DNA from: Auanema rhodensis
Lineage: Eukaryota > Animalia > Nematoda
Assembly: GCA_964057225.1 (NCBI GenBank)
Contig: OZ059894.1
Coordinates: forward strand, 10,664,001 to 10,728,000
DNA length: 64,000 nucleotides
Reading direction: 5' to 3'
In this document: piece by piece, positions 12,783 through 26,557 of the stretch
Numbering within the stretch: the first letter of the stretch is position 1
Layout: each line of letters opens with the position of its first letter
Notes under the pieces: generated by a model
Told to the model about the DNA's origin: nothing
Seen by the model: only the letters and a program-made list of their open reading frames with translations
The model's database searches: none
Translations under genes and position numbers: made by a program

Positions 12783-15700
12783 ATGATAAGTTCTGATGTT
12801 ATCAAAAGAGCTAATCCAGCTGATGACTATGAACTTTTACAACGTGTGGGTTCAGGCACTTACGGAGAAGTTTATAAGGCTCGACATATACGGTGACTAT
12901 TTTCTAAGTTTCTTATATAATTAGTTCCTTTTTCAGTACTGGAGAATTCTCTGCTGTAAAAGTTGTTAAGCTCGAAGCAGGTGATAACTTCACTGTTATT
13001 CAGCAAGAAATATTAATGATTAGGTTAGTTTTTTTGTTTTATGTAATGTTGTATTTTTCTGTTCAGAGAATGTTTTCATCCGAATATTATCGCATACCAT
13101 GGTAGTTATTTGAGAAGAGATCGTTTATGGATTGTTATGGAATATTGTGGAGGTGGTTCTCTGCAGGATATATATCACAGTAAGAAAACTGTTATTGTAC
13201 AATATATATGTTAAATTTCAGTGACTGGACCTTTGACAGAGTTACAAATAGCTTTTGTGTGTAGAGAAACATTGAAAGGTTTAAATTATTTGCATAATAT
13301 GGGGAAAGTACATCGTGACATCAAAGGGGCTAATATTCTACTCAGTAGTTCGGGAGATGTAAAATTAGGTGCGTAGTATCTATTAACTGTTTTATTTCAT
13401 AAAAAAATATTTTAGCTGATTTTGGTGTCGCAGCCCAAATCACGGCCACAATAGGAAAGAGAAAATCTTTTATTGGAACCCCTTATTGGTAGTGAACAAG
13501 TGTGTGGCTTTTATTATGTATTCTGTTTTATAGGATGGCTCCAGAAGTTGCTTGTGTTGAGCGAAGGGGAGGATATGGAGTTCAGTGTGATGTATGGGCT
13601 GTAGGAATTACTGCTATTGAACTTGCGGAATGTCAGCCCCCTCTTTTCGACCTTCATCCTATGCAAGTAAGAAGAATCTTGAAAATATCATCTCTCATAA
13701 CCATTTTAGGTCTTATATTTGATGACCAAAAATAGTTATAAGCCACCACATTTAAAAGAAAAGTATCGGTGGTCGCCGCTGTTTCATGATTTTGTGCGTC
13801 AATGTTTAACCAAATCTCCAAAGAAACGTCCTACACCGGATAAATTGCTATCGGTAAACAAAATTTCCATATTAAATAAAACTTATTTTAAATTTAGAGC
13901 CATCACTTTGTTCTAGGATCTTTGAGTTCTCGGATGACGAGAGATTTACTAGATAAAGTCAGTGTATATATTATTTATTTTTTCCAAATTTTTATTTCAG
14001 GTTAATGGTACACCATCAAATATCCTGAGAAGAACTACTTCTCAAACTGGAAGTGACGAAGACGATGTTTGTTTTTTTTTCTTTTCCCTTGAATTGTTTT
14101 TTCATTAAGGATGTTGTCTCCAATATTCCTGGTTATATGAGAGGCGGACTTGATATGGGCTTAGTTACAGCTAATGAGGAAAGTACTCTAATAACAACAT
14201 CTTCATCGCACTGTGAACGAGCCTATAATTCAAATTGTACAGTTCCTTATAGAGTATGATTTATTTTTTATGTTTATTTATAAAATATTTTCTTTGTTCA
14301 GGATATGCAACCATTGCCTGATGTTGTAGGCGGCGATGCTCTCCTACATGATTCAAATGGCGTTATAAATGACGATGATAGCACCATAAAAAGTGGGATG
14401 ACTGTTTGCTTTATTTTTATTTCTTTTTTCTTCTAGATCCCAGGGCCCCTCCCAGAACTTTAAGACAGAAACAATTAGCTAAATCAGAATCTGCAGATAA
14501 CGTTAACTTGAGAGATGGCTCCGAAATTACCGAAAAACAGAAAACCTTCTTTGGGTTACCAATTACCCCTAAGGTTTAATGCTCAGCATGAAATAATCAG
14601 TATTTTTGTTATGTTTAGGTAGCTATGGGAGCATGCTTCTCAAAAATGCTTTTGGATTGTTCTCTTCGAATCAACTGCGCCTCATCATGGATTCATCCGG
14701 GTACTTGCATTCATTATATTCTATTGGGATGCGAAGAAGGAATCTATACCATCGATACAAGCAAATTACATGAAAGTGACGTAACGAAGGTTTTATATTT
14801 CCCGCTTGAACTGTCTCTAACTAAATTTTTAGATTCATGATCGGAGGTGCTCTTGGTTATATGTTCATAATGATGTTTTAATGGCTATGCAAGGCCATAC
14901 TAGTTATCTTTACCGGTATCTGAAAGAATCTTCTATTGTTTTTTAATGTTTTCATTGATTTAGACATGATCTGGTAGCCCTGACTCAGAAAAATTTAACT
15001 TTAAAAATTAGTAAGCCGATGAATAAAGTTCCTGAAAAGTACTTGCCAAAGAAACTAGCAATTACTGTCAGGCTAGCCGAAACGAAGTAGGCTTTTTAAT
15101 TTAGTTTTTCTAACCTTTTTTGTTTCTCCAGGGGTGCACTACAATGCACAGTATCAAAAGGATCGGGTCCACACAGTAATTCAACATTCCTCTGTTGTTG
15201 TGTACCTTCTTCTGTTTTGCTTTTCCAATGGTATGACGACTGTTATTACAAATTTAATCTTGTTTAATTTTAAGGTATGCGCCGATGAATAAGTTTCTTT
15301 TGGTGAGAGCGACTGATCTTTCACCACTGACGCGTTTCCCACTCAAACCCTTCAAAGTCAGAATTTTAATTAAAATGTATATATTATTTAAAATTTTAGT
15401 TGGTAAATTCCCGCAACAGTGATTTTCCTCAAGTATGTGTAGGTATTAGACCATCTTGTACGCCCGAGTGTTATCAGTACGAGTTTTTAAAATTCGAAGA
15501 TAATAAGGTTGTTTCGTTTCATTATCATTCCATTTACACTTTTTGTTCAGATTCGTGACCAAGCCGCTACTTTAGAAGTCGCCGATTATGATAACTTATT
15601 AGAAGTAGTTGGTATGGCCCAATTAAATAAAGAAACACTTGCTTTTGCACATAGAAATAAGGTGAATATTAATATATAATTGATTACCTTTCTGATCTGT

Positions 15701-16098
15701 TTAGATTATTTTAACCGATCTGGAAGGACGCCCGCGCTCTAAGCCGTCTATTTTTACATTCAATTTCCATATTGAGCATATACATGCTCTAAACGATTCT
15801 ATATTAGCTTTTCACGCTAATGGTGTTCAGGTTCGTAATTTGCTTGCGGTTTTAAATTTGAATAAATAAATTTATTATGTTTCAGGGACGTTGCTTAAGC
15901 ACAAATACTGTTACACAGGACCTATCCGATGTATCTAAAGTATTCAAAGTTATTGGATCTGATAGGTTTGTTTTGTTCATTTACCTCTCCAAATTTGTAC
16001 CATTTAGGGTGATTGTTTTGAAATCCCACTCATTATCGTCGTGCATATCACATGATGTTCACATTTTATTAGGACATGAAGCTACTCCTTGCGACTAA
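12783..16098 (+). CDS. gck-2: MAP4K3/5-type germinal-centre kinase with C-terminal CNH domain
   Basis: [72 protein letters not shown]; CNH domain starting [14 protein letters not shown] and ending [11 protein letters not shown]. Confidence 0.95.
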
Positions 16099-16768
16099 TT
16101 GTTTTAGTCTTTTTTTAGAAGTTTTTGGACACTGTTTTAAATTTTGTACATTCGTCGAAACCATAATAATTTTTTCTTAATTCTAGTCATAATTTTCATT
16201 TTATCTGTACATTTGCTTTATTTAAGTTCCCAAAGGAGTGCAAACTTTTCCCATGCAGGTATTCACCAGTTGAAAAATATACATGTTGATCTCCTGTTTT
16301 GTTTACTATATTTTCCCTGTAATTTCCGTTTTTGATCTTATCAACGTGACTATCGTTTAAGCTTGAAACTAAGTTAAATTAACAAATACGTTGTTCATCA
16401 TGCTAATAATTTTGAAACGCTTGTATATTTCGGTTGTGCCTTCAAGCTTTTTTTCTTTCATTATATTTAGTTGAATAAAATAATATAATTTTTTAATTGT
16501 TTTATATCTTTATCGTTTACGCTGACTAGAAATGTTCAAAAAGAAATGTATTAAGATAACAAATATATTACAAAGAGTTCAAATATCAATTAATTATAAA
16601 ACCGCTTTAAAAAATACAAACACTAACTGTTTGCATATTGATTACTTATCACCAGCTAACAGTCAAAATGGTCCCGACCAGTAAACGTTTTTTGAATTTA
16701 AACGAATCCGCAATATTATTGGCGTTTTTTTCTAGACGAGATCGAAATTTGCAGGTTGTGAGGCTTTA

Positions 16769-19127
16769 GATGTTTCGTACCATTTATGAACCTAAAGCTT
16801 ATAATCTAATTGTAAGTTGGTGAAATTAAAATATCGCTGAAAAACTCTAAAAGTTTAGCCAGAATCTCTAATATTTAAAGAAACGGTTGTTTGCCCCAAG
16901 TCAGTCATCTTTGATGAAATCAATGGACAATTTGTTTTCTTCTTCTCTCGACAACATGGAATGCAAATTCAAACGTATAGACTTTCCTTTAGAGAAATTC
17001 TTTCTTTACAAGTAGGTTAGCTTCTAGTTGAATCCAAGAGGAATACATTTCCAGACTGCTACTGCTGAGCCCTTGTTTCGCATGATCTATATGAGACTTA
17101 TTCCTTCCTCATCGAAAGTCTTACATAGTGTCGTAAACCCAGAAAAATTACCCAATCAAAAAATGTTAGTGAAACCTGTATATTTACTTTATATGATTTT
17201 TTTAGTTTTTATCTTGACATTGTTATGACTTTATGTTTATCTGATACTGCTTTTCAAGTGTTTATAGCACATTGTCAAAAAGTATCTATTAGCTGTTACC
17301 TTATTAGTTAGTTTTAATTTGTATTTATGAATACCAATTTTTAGCGTCTCATACTTTTTTCAACGTTATTGGTCATCTATGTTATAAGATTTTGTATCGA
17401 AAAGGACATCCGTCGGCTAATCTACAAGATCCTAGTGATGATGAAGTGCCAGACATTAATACGTATTTGGCTACCTATACGGAAAGTAGTGTCAAAGCAG
17501 ATAAGGTATAATTTTGCATTGTTCTTTTCGTTAAATCATGAAGTCTTCAGACTACTCCTATGGAAGAGTCTGTGTTGTTACCTGATAAGAACATTGAACT
17601 ACCAGTTGATATAGATGTATCTTCTAACAAACATGAACAACATGAAAACAGTGATCAATATTCAGCAGATATACCAAAGCAAGAATTTCAAATGGAAGAC
17701 GAAATACATTTTTCTTCTGAAACGGAACAAGTTGTCTATACTCAAGATGACATGCCTCCTCTAGCCAGCCCTTCTTTAAAAGTGGAAGCATCCTGTTCTC
17801 CGCCTATAATTGATTCTCCATGCCTATCTTTGGATGTCAACACTCCAGTGATTTCACCTGCGTTTCAACACCCTCCAAGCAATATACCATCATCGCAAAT
17901 TTCTCCTAATTCAGTACCATGTTTGATATCTCAACAAAAGGACACATGCAAAACTGTGACAACCGCAGAAGATCCCGTGGTGATTGAAGACCTATCTAGT
18001 GACGAAGATGTATTAGTGTCTGTCTTTCAAAATTATTAAATTGTTAATTTAGGAACATATTCAACCTAAAGGCGATGTTAAAGTTAAATTCAAAGATGGG
18101 TCTTTGTTTACGATACCTCGAGAAACAATGGAAAACATAGGTCCAACCACTTGGCTCAACGACATAATAGTGGACTTTTATATGGATCATCTTTATAAAG
18201 ATGTATTAACAGACGAAGAGTAAGTTTTTCTTCAACCGTTCCACTTTATTATTTGATTTTAGTCGTAAACATGTACATATATTTCATACTTCGTTTTTCA
18301 TGCGGTTGAGCCGCTTAAAAAATTGTTTAAACCGTAATATTGAAGGGTCTAGCCATGAAATTGAACAAAGTGTTAGTGAAGTTTCAGTAAAATATTAAAC
18401 ATTTATTTAGGTGAATTCAATGCTGAGTATAATATATCCTACTCGAAAAAGTCGATCAAATATTGGATATATAAATAAGAGTTTACTAATGGTTCCTGTT
18501 TTTTGGGAAAATCATTGGTATGCTTGCATCTATAAACAAAATATGTAGATGACTACGTCTAGGTTGTTGGCAGTAATTCATGGACTCAACAATCTCTTTA
18601 CTGTAAATACAGACCGCAGATGTCGCATAATAATAATAGATAGTAAAATGAAGGACCCTGCAAACGCGTAAGGCATGTTTATACATTCTTAGCGTGCATC
18701 CCTATTGCAGAAAAATCCTGATTTCCATTCATAGTAAAGTCTTCCATATTATTAGGCGATATGCTGAGTTGATGGTCTACACACAGCTTAATAGGATACC
18801 AAGAGCTGATTTCACGTTAGTTATTATTTATCTTGCTTTTAATAGTTATGTTTATTAAGCTGCATTCGATGCATGTGCCTACCTGACCAAAGCAACAGTT
18901 ACGACTGTGGGTTATACATGATCAAATATATAGAAGTGTTTTCTAAAAACAGGGAATTTTTGGTAGGCAAAATAATTTTTATCATGTAACTTTAGCACTT
19001 CTAGGAACTCTCGGATAATGATATACAACTTGGTGAAATAAATTATTCAGCTGTCGAATTTCAACGCATGATCGATAAAGAAAGAGCAACAATGAGTGTA
19101 AAAATTATGGCAATGGCTGTGAAATAA
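16769..19127 (+). CDS. Ulp1/SENP (peptidase C48) SUMO-protease-like protein with long low-complexity N-terminal region
   Basis: Spliced translation gives TWLNDIIVDFYM, HIFHTSFF, VPVFWENHWLLAVI (His), IIIIDS (Asp) and QSNSYDCGLY (Gln, Cys). Stop at 19125-19127. 5' end approximate. Confidence 0.85.
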
Positions 19128-19605
19128 CTTAAGCCTCAGTACCCTGGGTTTACGATACGATATAAAGATTTATTTAATTACAAAATAAAACATATTATAA
19201 ACTTTGATAGAATAATTACTGGCCATTTATTGCTAGGCTCTGTAAACTTGGTAAACTATACACATCTGTACAATAGTTGACTGGTAACTATGGGATCACA
19301 TTTTCAAAAACTAAAATGAAGTTTAATAAACGATCGGAAGTTACGAGCTTGTAATAAGAGATCAAAATGGCTAAGCCTTTTGGGATGACAAATATATAAA
19401 GACAAAGAACAATTTCTTAGCGGCAACTACAACGGAGCGAATGGATTTTTCGCAAGGTCAAGCATTTTGCGAATATCTTGTCCAAAACTTCCATACCGTG
19501 ACAAACATGCTAATAGGAGTTCATATAGGCTCAAACTGCAAATAAAAAATGTGAAAAATAAAATAAAAAAACCCCAAAATAAATCAAAGACTAGTCAGTT
19601 GACAA

Positions 19606-20710
19606 ATTAGAGTGTGCGCAAAAGTTCCTTTGCCCTTCTCGAAAAACACCAAGTTTTGTCTGAAAAAAATTGGTTAGGAAAGTTTTGATCTCCTCTTTAT
19701 TTTTGAAGGTGGTACCCTTCAAAAATGCTCCATCGTTATGAATGCATGATAATCAGAGAGAGCAAAGTCAGGTGAATACGGTATGTTTCAGGAGCTCTCA
19801 TCCTTTCACCTCTACAACTCAACACACGTCGTGGGTTTCCATGGGCGTTTTAACAAAACGGCCTCCTGAAGCCGTTGAATTTGTTCGGCATAAAGCTTAC
19901 TATTCAACGTCTCACTGTTACTCAATAATTCGTAATGAATTATTCCTCCTTCACCCCGAAAACAACATAACATCACCTTTTTGGAGGTCAGTTAGTTAGT
20001 TTTAGGTGTTGGATATAGTGCTTCACCTGGAGTAACATAAAATTTTTTTGGATCTGGATTCTCGAAAAATATCCGTTGCCAGTGATTAAACCAGCAGAAA
20101 AACCTCCTTTTTTTGCCATTTCAAGCAGGTTTTTAGAGCAGTTCATTCTTGCCGCTTTGTTAGAAGGGCTGAGAATATGAGGGATTTGAGGGGTACCTTT
20201 TTAAATCTTACCTAGCTTTTCAGGTGTCTACCAACCGTAGCTCTGTGCACACCTAATTCAACAGCCAATTGCTGTTGTGAGCTTACTAAAGAGCCTTCAA
20301 GAGCTTTCTCAAGCTTCTCGTTTAGCAACTTTAGCGGCCTTCCCGATCTTGGAAGGTCTCCCAGATCCAAGTTGTTAGATTTAAATCTAACGTACCATGA
20401 TTTACAGGTACTATAAGAAGGAGTATCTTCACCACAAATGAATTGTAGAAGATTATAAGCATTCAAAGCATTTAAACCTTGATTGAAATACAGCTTCAGA
20501 CAGTTACGCATATGTTGCTTGTCGAAAGCTGTTTCAGAAAACGAGAGCAAAAGCGAAAATAAAAGTCAAAAAAAGAATTTTTTTAAATAATTTAAAGTTA
20601 AAACACTTTTTTTAATATAATTTTGAATTTGGTTTATGCTAATTTTTAATTTTAAAATATTTATTTAAATTTTATTGTGGGTGGCCAGAAACTTTTGCGC
20701 ACACCTAATA
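19606..20710 (-). mobile_element. Degenerate mariner (Tc1/mariner) DNA transposon with both TIRs
   Basis: TIRs attagagtgtgcgcaaaagtt (19606) and aacttttgcgcacacctaata (20690-20710). HTH ORF at 20212-20550 (CKSWYVRFKSNNLDLGDLPRSGRP). Broken catalytic region retains PYSPDFALSDYH (~19740-19790), with stops, frameshifts and a deletion. Confidence 0.9.
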
Positions 20711-20821
20711 AATTGAAAATTGGGGAATAAAAGATATCTATTCACCGTGGGATGGGTGAATCCACAATGACATCTGCATGAGGTAAACGAAGTGCAACAA
20801 AACAAATACCATCATTAAAAA

Positions 20822-23800
20822 CTATACATTCGGGCTTGTCGTCTCAAGTAAACGCCTACGGCGATCAAGAGTATTTCTTAGAGTCTCTTTTTCTTGTCTT
20901 AATACTTCGCGAACTAGTCCTCTTACAACAGATGAAGCAATCATATCATCACTCATCTCATCTTCTACGATGTTTAAAGATCTAAAAAAAAGTTAAAATA
21001 CAGCGACTTTTCAATTTACCTGGACGGAGTGGAAGGAGTTAATGGCGTTGTGGGTTCTTTAGGGTAACCAACTTCATTAGCTGACAATACAAAAGGAGCT
21101 GTTCCCAGAAGAAGCGAAGCTTTTCTTTCAACAATAGAAGTCTCTTCGTAAACCTAAATACTCAGAACTAAATCAGAAACATGTAAATAAAATTACAATG
21201 TAATTAACTAAGTCCGTTACAACAGTTTTAACGTCAGCTTCTAATAGTCTTTTAGCTTCTTCCTCTTCAGCATTTTTTAATATTAAGCCTATTGGAACAA
21301 GCTCATCTATTGGCTCATGCAAGCTCGAGTTGGGCTTTTCTGTTATAAAGATTTATGGGAATAGAATGAAAACAGCTCAAACCCGAAGCTCTACTCCACA
21401 AATTGAGGGATTCTGGCAGAGACATGCAAATGGGCGCGGATGATGGACCAGATTTATCCGTATTAGATGACGAAGGAATCCCTATCTCCAATGAAGACGG
21501 TCTTGTTGTTGTCTAAATAGAAAGAAGGAAACATTATGATTTTCAAAGAAAACAACTTACACTCGGGCTAGCCCGGACATCAAATGTAGAAGAGGATGGT
21601 GATACAGAAAAACGTCGTAACTTTCGCACCGGAGGAGTTCCAGAGATTGCTTGAGGAATCGAAGGTAAAGATCCCCATTCAACTAGAAAATTTTTAAAAA
21701 ATTATATAAGAAATGCAATAATTTGAATAAACCTTTAGATAATGGTTCAGTTTGTGAAACGGTCGGCGGTTTTTTAATAGTTGTAACCGAAGCAACATTA
21801 GTAGTTTCATCCAATGAGTGAGTAGACCCGGACATTTCACGAAGACGCTCCTTTAAAGTAATTTTTTTTATATAAAGAGAAATATCTCTCACATTTATAT
21901 CAGAGACAGTTTCTGTGCAGGTCAAAGAGGAACTTCTTACAATTCGTTTGGCTGGTTTCACAATCTCAGCGAAAACATTGCCATCCTCCAGATTTATTAC
22001 AGGTGGTGGAAGACTAACTGGATCATCTACTGAAATCACAATATTGGAAAATAAATAAATATACAGTATACCTTCTGGAGTATCTTCCTTATTAGCAATT
22101 ATTAAATCTTCGTTAGTGTCCTTCAATTTCACAGTTATCCGACTAAGATCTGCCTTTTTGTTTCTCTCGCAGAATTGACGAATTTCATCATAATATCGTT
22201 GAAACTCTTCCTGATAAGGTCGAACCTGTAGGACGGCAAACACTGTACGCTACATGCAAAAGCTAATGAAGACAAAACAGAAAATAAGTTTACTACGCCG
22301 CATAAAATGTTCTAATAAGAACCTAATTCAAGTCGAATAGTTTTACTAAAGTTTCGAAAGTTCAGTGTCAGCAAGCAAAAATTATCGAAAAAGGCAAATT
22401 TAGAGCAAATGCATCTATGAAAGGACTAAAACCAAAAACAATATGGCAAAAAGCCGGCACTAAGAAGTACTGATTAGAAAAGGGTATTTCAGATCAGGAC
22501 TCGAAACACAACTTTAACAAACCTTTTCTGTTGAAGGTAAAGCACACGATTGGTCGAGGTTCATCAAAGTGATAGACGTATTCATTTTCATAGCAGAATG
22601 TAATGCAAGCAATCCCGCAGAACCTATAAAAACATTTTCAAATAACGAAATATCCGAGAAGGAAAATAGATAAATAAACAGGAGATATGAGCATAGCTAT
22701 AAAAAAAAAAGGATATAAGGAAAACAATGAGTTTTCTCTCATATCATTCAAGTTAGGCACATGAAGTGTTAAACAGTTTCAAGAAAAGAAAAAAAACCAT
22801 AAAGATAAAAAAAGAAGTACCTATACTAGGGTTATCACGTAGATCAACTCGAATCATTGCGTTGTTATCAGCCAGACATTCAGCCAAAACAATGGCAGCT
22901 AAAATAAAATGAAAATATATTTAAAACTAAAGATGTTTGCCAACCTTCACAGTTCAATTTTGTGTTTTGCAAGCCTAGTCGGTGCAAGTTAGAACTGAAG
23001 GATAGAGCTACTTTGAGCAATTGAATACCATCTACTCCAAGCTGATTATTTCCAATATTGACAGTCTCAATATTGTGGTTTTCTTTCTAAAAGAAGCATA
23101 GATCAAATAGAAACGGCTAACACAATTTTACCAGCACAGCGGCCAAATCACTCATACTAGCAGCTGTTATTCTATTGTTCCATAATACCAAAGTTGTAAG
23201 AGCGCTTTTTGTACGCGCATGCTCACTAAGTAAAGCAGAACAGAGATTTCGCAGGCCAGCGTCCTAATAAGAAGTTTTTAGACAATTTTAAATATATAAT
23301 GCCTACGCCAAGCTCGTTGTTTCTCAAGTCCAACATTTGAAGAGTTGTATTGCACTCGATGAGAGACTGCAAATGGAGAGCATCGCAAGGCTGTAGTACA
23401 TTTTCACCTAGATAAAGCTCCTAAACATATATATACAGTGCAGACAAAACTTGAAAAAATAATACTTTAAGAGTTGCGTTGTTTTTTAGAGATGATATTA
23501 ACATTTGTAACTTTTTTCCGGACACAGAGATATTCTCCAAATGTAGACATGTTAACGATGACGGAGGATTTATTCGAAAGCACCGACACATCTGCTGTAA
23601 ACCCTTTTCAACGGAAGTGTAACGTAGATTTAATACATGAAGGGAATTGCACTAAATAATAAACATTGAAGAAAATCAAATATTGAACAGTGAAGCCTAC
23701 ATATCGCAAACAGCGGAAAAAAGCTGTCCATCCATAACAGTTTATATCTCTGTTAAATGAGAGGTTAAGCCTCAAAGTAGAATCATAGAACTCCAACATT

Positions 23801-25479
23801 TCAGATAAAGCAATTAAACACTATAAATAATCAGAACATACAGAAAAAGCAGTGCGATTGACTTACATCATCATTTAAAAATGTATACTCAAAATCCAAA
23901 ATATCAAATTGAGCTTGTTTGAAGACTTCCTCAAGAGCTTCCATTTGCGGCGGAGTTATTCGCTCTCCTTTCAAGGATAAACTTTCTTGACGCACATCGG
24001 GCAAACGATGCATATACTTAAAAATTGATTTCCAGTCACTTTCCCATAGGAAATATTTATAATAGCTCACCCCAATTTGCTTTTCAACTGTCGAACTAGG
24101 AGTGATTTTTGCTCGTTCACAGGCTTCTCTGTAGTTTCTTAAAATTTCTTCAGGATTCGGTTTGTGTCCTAAGATAAACAAAGAAGACATAATCTAATAA
24201 TATCATTGATATTACCAGTTGTTCCAATAGGATTTTCCAGAAAAGGACAAGGAGCTTCAGAATAGCCAGTAATTAGCTCTTCATTGAAACGAACGCTTCG
24301 GTTATGTGAACATTTTTGTATGGGTCCTTCATCTGAAAATTATGAAGAATTAATATGAAGTAACAATCAAAGTATACCCTCGACGATTTGTGAATTTATT
24401 TCGGAAGGCGACCGCCTAACGCTTGTTTTCGGTGCAGCATTATTAAAAATTCCATTTGACGGAGGAATGGGAGAAGAAGGTGATTGCGGTGAACTGGCTC
24501 CCGTAGAGTCATACAAACCAAGAAGGTCCTAAAGCGAGTGATGAACTACCATAATACAAGAGAAAAGGAACCTGTAGACCAGAGAGAAATTTCATGGACA
24601 TGTGCTCAGGCGTGAGTGGATTCTCGGCCGAGGTGGGGGCATCAGGAGCCAAAATGGGAGCGACGTGGCTTCGGACTGCCAGTCTGACCTCTATGTAGAT
24701 GTCTTAGCTATTAAAAACAAAGACCTTTCTCATCTATGACATGGACACTGAAATGGCTTTTCAGTTAACAGTTTGTTTGTGTTTACAGCTACTGCCAGTA
24801 ACAGAACAAAACATAACGAAAGAACAGAAGTGTTAGAAATGATCAATAAAAACATAAAAGCACGTGATTAGTGCACGTCCGTGCGATACACAAAGGTGAA
24901 CGAATGAAAGCAATGGATCTTTATGATAATTATAGAATAATAAAGAAATGAAAAATCCTAATTATTGTTGCCAAACGGTATTGCATAGCAATCTTAAAGA
25001 ACAAACAGCAGAGAAAATGATTCACTGGGACAGTAAAGTACAAATGTTAAGAATGCTAACGTCACCAGTCATCAACGATTTCAAGCGGATACATCGAAAC
25101 AGAAGATTACGAGCAAATGGTCAATGATTCATATAAATGAAATTAAAATGAAGATATATCATAAACAGACATTTATGCAGATCAAGACTTCTTCATATAA
25201 CCACTATGTGAGATTCGTTCGTGTTGACACCTGAAGCCGGTTTCACGATCGAAAAGCAGTAACAGGCTTGAAGACAAGGCCTACTTTTCTGGAATACTGA
25301 AGGTCTTGCGGACTGTTTAGCACGACACCAAATGCGTTCCGTTCGTCACAGTCAACAAAATGATAATCAGAGCCGAGAGCAACACAAAGATAAGAAAGAA
25401 CAGGACCCCAAAAATAATGAATACGAAACAATCGCCGAAAAACTTACCAAGAGTCAAACCTGTTACGATGAAAAAACAT
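20822..25479 (-). CDS. Protein phosphatase 1 regulatory subunit 37-like LRR protein (PPP1R37/LRRC68)
   Basis: In-frame splice chain from MFFHRNRFDS (25479). RVxF motif RSVRF, EEILRNYREAC, EALEEVFKQAQFDILDFEYTFLND, then RI-type LRRs (LDLRNNELG, LVLWNNRIT, VNIGNNQLG). Ends LLETTSPNV*. Confidence 0.85.
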
Positions 25480-25499
25480 GAAAAGTATTTAGGCATGTG

Positions 25500-26120
25500 A
25501 AATCATAAGAGAGAAATAAACGAATGGAAAAACATAAATAAAAACGGTTGAAACTGCTTACGGGTGTCATAAGTTGCAATAGCCTCGTAAGTGTAGCATG
25601 TTAAGTTAATTGTTCGACGAGCCGGGTGACAACTATTCAAGGTTGGACGCTTAACACGTATATTGAAAAGTATATGGAAGCGCCAGCGCTTCCTTTTATG
25701 CTGGAGAGCCGAATTAGCTTATTTCTTGTCTCTTCGCTACGGGAGACCGTGTGCCGCGTCGCGAACCGCTCGCGTCTGGCCCAGAGCGAATATTTGACGG
25801 CTCGGCGCCTAGGAAAATGCATGGGCGCTGATCGATGTGCCCCTCCCCCTCTTTCACTTTAATCAATTCACGACGCAGCCCTCTATCTTCTTCCAATACT
25901 TGGCTTGATGACACACTGTATCAAATCTTAAACCATTTTTGTTTTTTTTTTACTTATTGCATGTATGACATTGTCTAAAATACTGTTTATAGCTTTAACG
26001 CTAGACAGGCGCAATAGCCGTGATGCACGGAGCAGCCTCAGGGCCGCCTCCGCAACCGCCATACTCGGGCTGCCCCCTTCCTATCCAACCTTCCAAATCT
26101 TTATTGAAACTTAAATTTTA
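25500..26120. promoter_or_regulatory. GC/CpG-enriched divergent promoter region between PPP1R37-like and egl-10
   Basis: Sharp local GC rise between two head-to-head genes; no convincing exon. Confidence 0.5.
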
Positions 26121-26557
26121 TTCTATCAAACAATTTAATAATCATATTTATCTATATTATAATAAATAAATACTACATATTCTTTTTATTCTGATATCCT
26201 TACAAATCTTTTTGCCTTCTTGTTGCGCTCAGGATGACAATATAAAGACGTGCACCATTGTGCAGGCGATCAATCAACTTTAATCTACCTCTTGCTCATA
26301 TTTTCCTCACTCTATAAAATACTTTACTTTCCTATTGAAACAATGCTGAATTTGATAACTTTTTAAAAATTAAATTTTTTTCATTTCACTTAATTTACGT
26401 TAATTCTGTAAAAGTTGCATGCTTCAATTTGAAAATCAAAAAAAATTCCGAAAATTTTTCTTGTATTTTTTCAGCATATTCGCACAATTTATAATATTAG
26501 AATCATAGATATTCTGAAGAGATGGTATAGCAATTCCCTTCTACAAAGAAAACCGAT

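Noticed and set aside
19368-19380. CTAAGCCT as a telomere repeat or telomerase template
   Set aside because: Single partial match, not arrayed and not in a structured intron
25243-25431. Minus-strand ORF in the first PPP1R37-like intron as an extra exon
   Set aside because: Most acceptors tested introduce stops; no convincing in-phase inclusion
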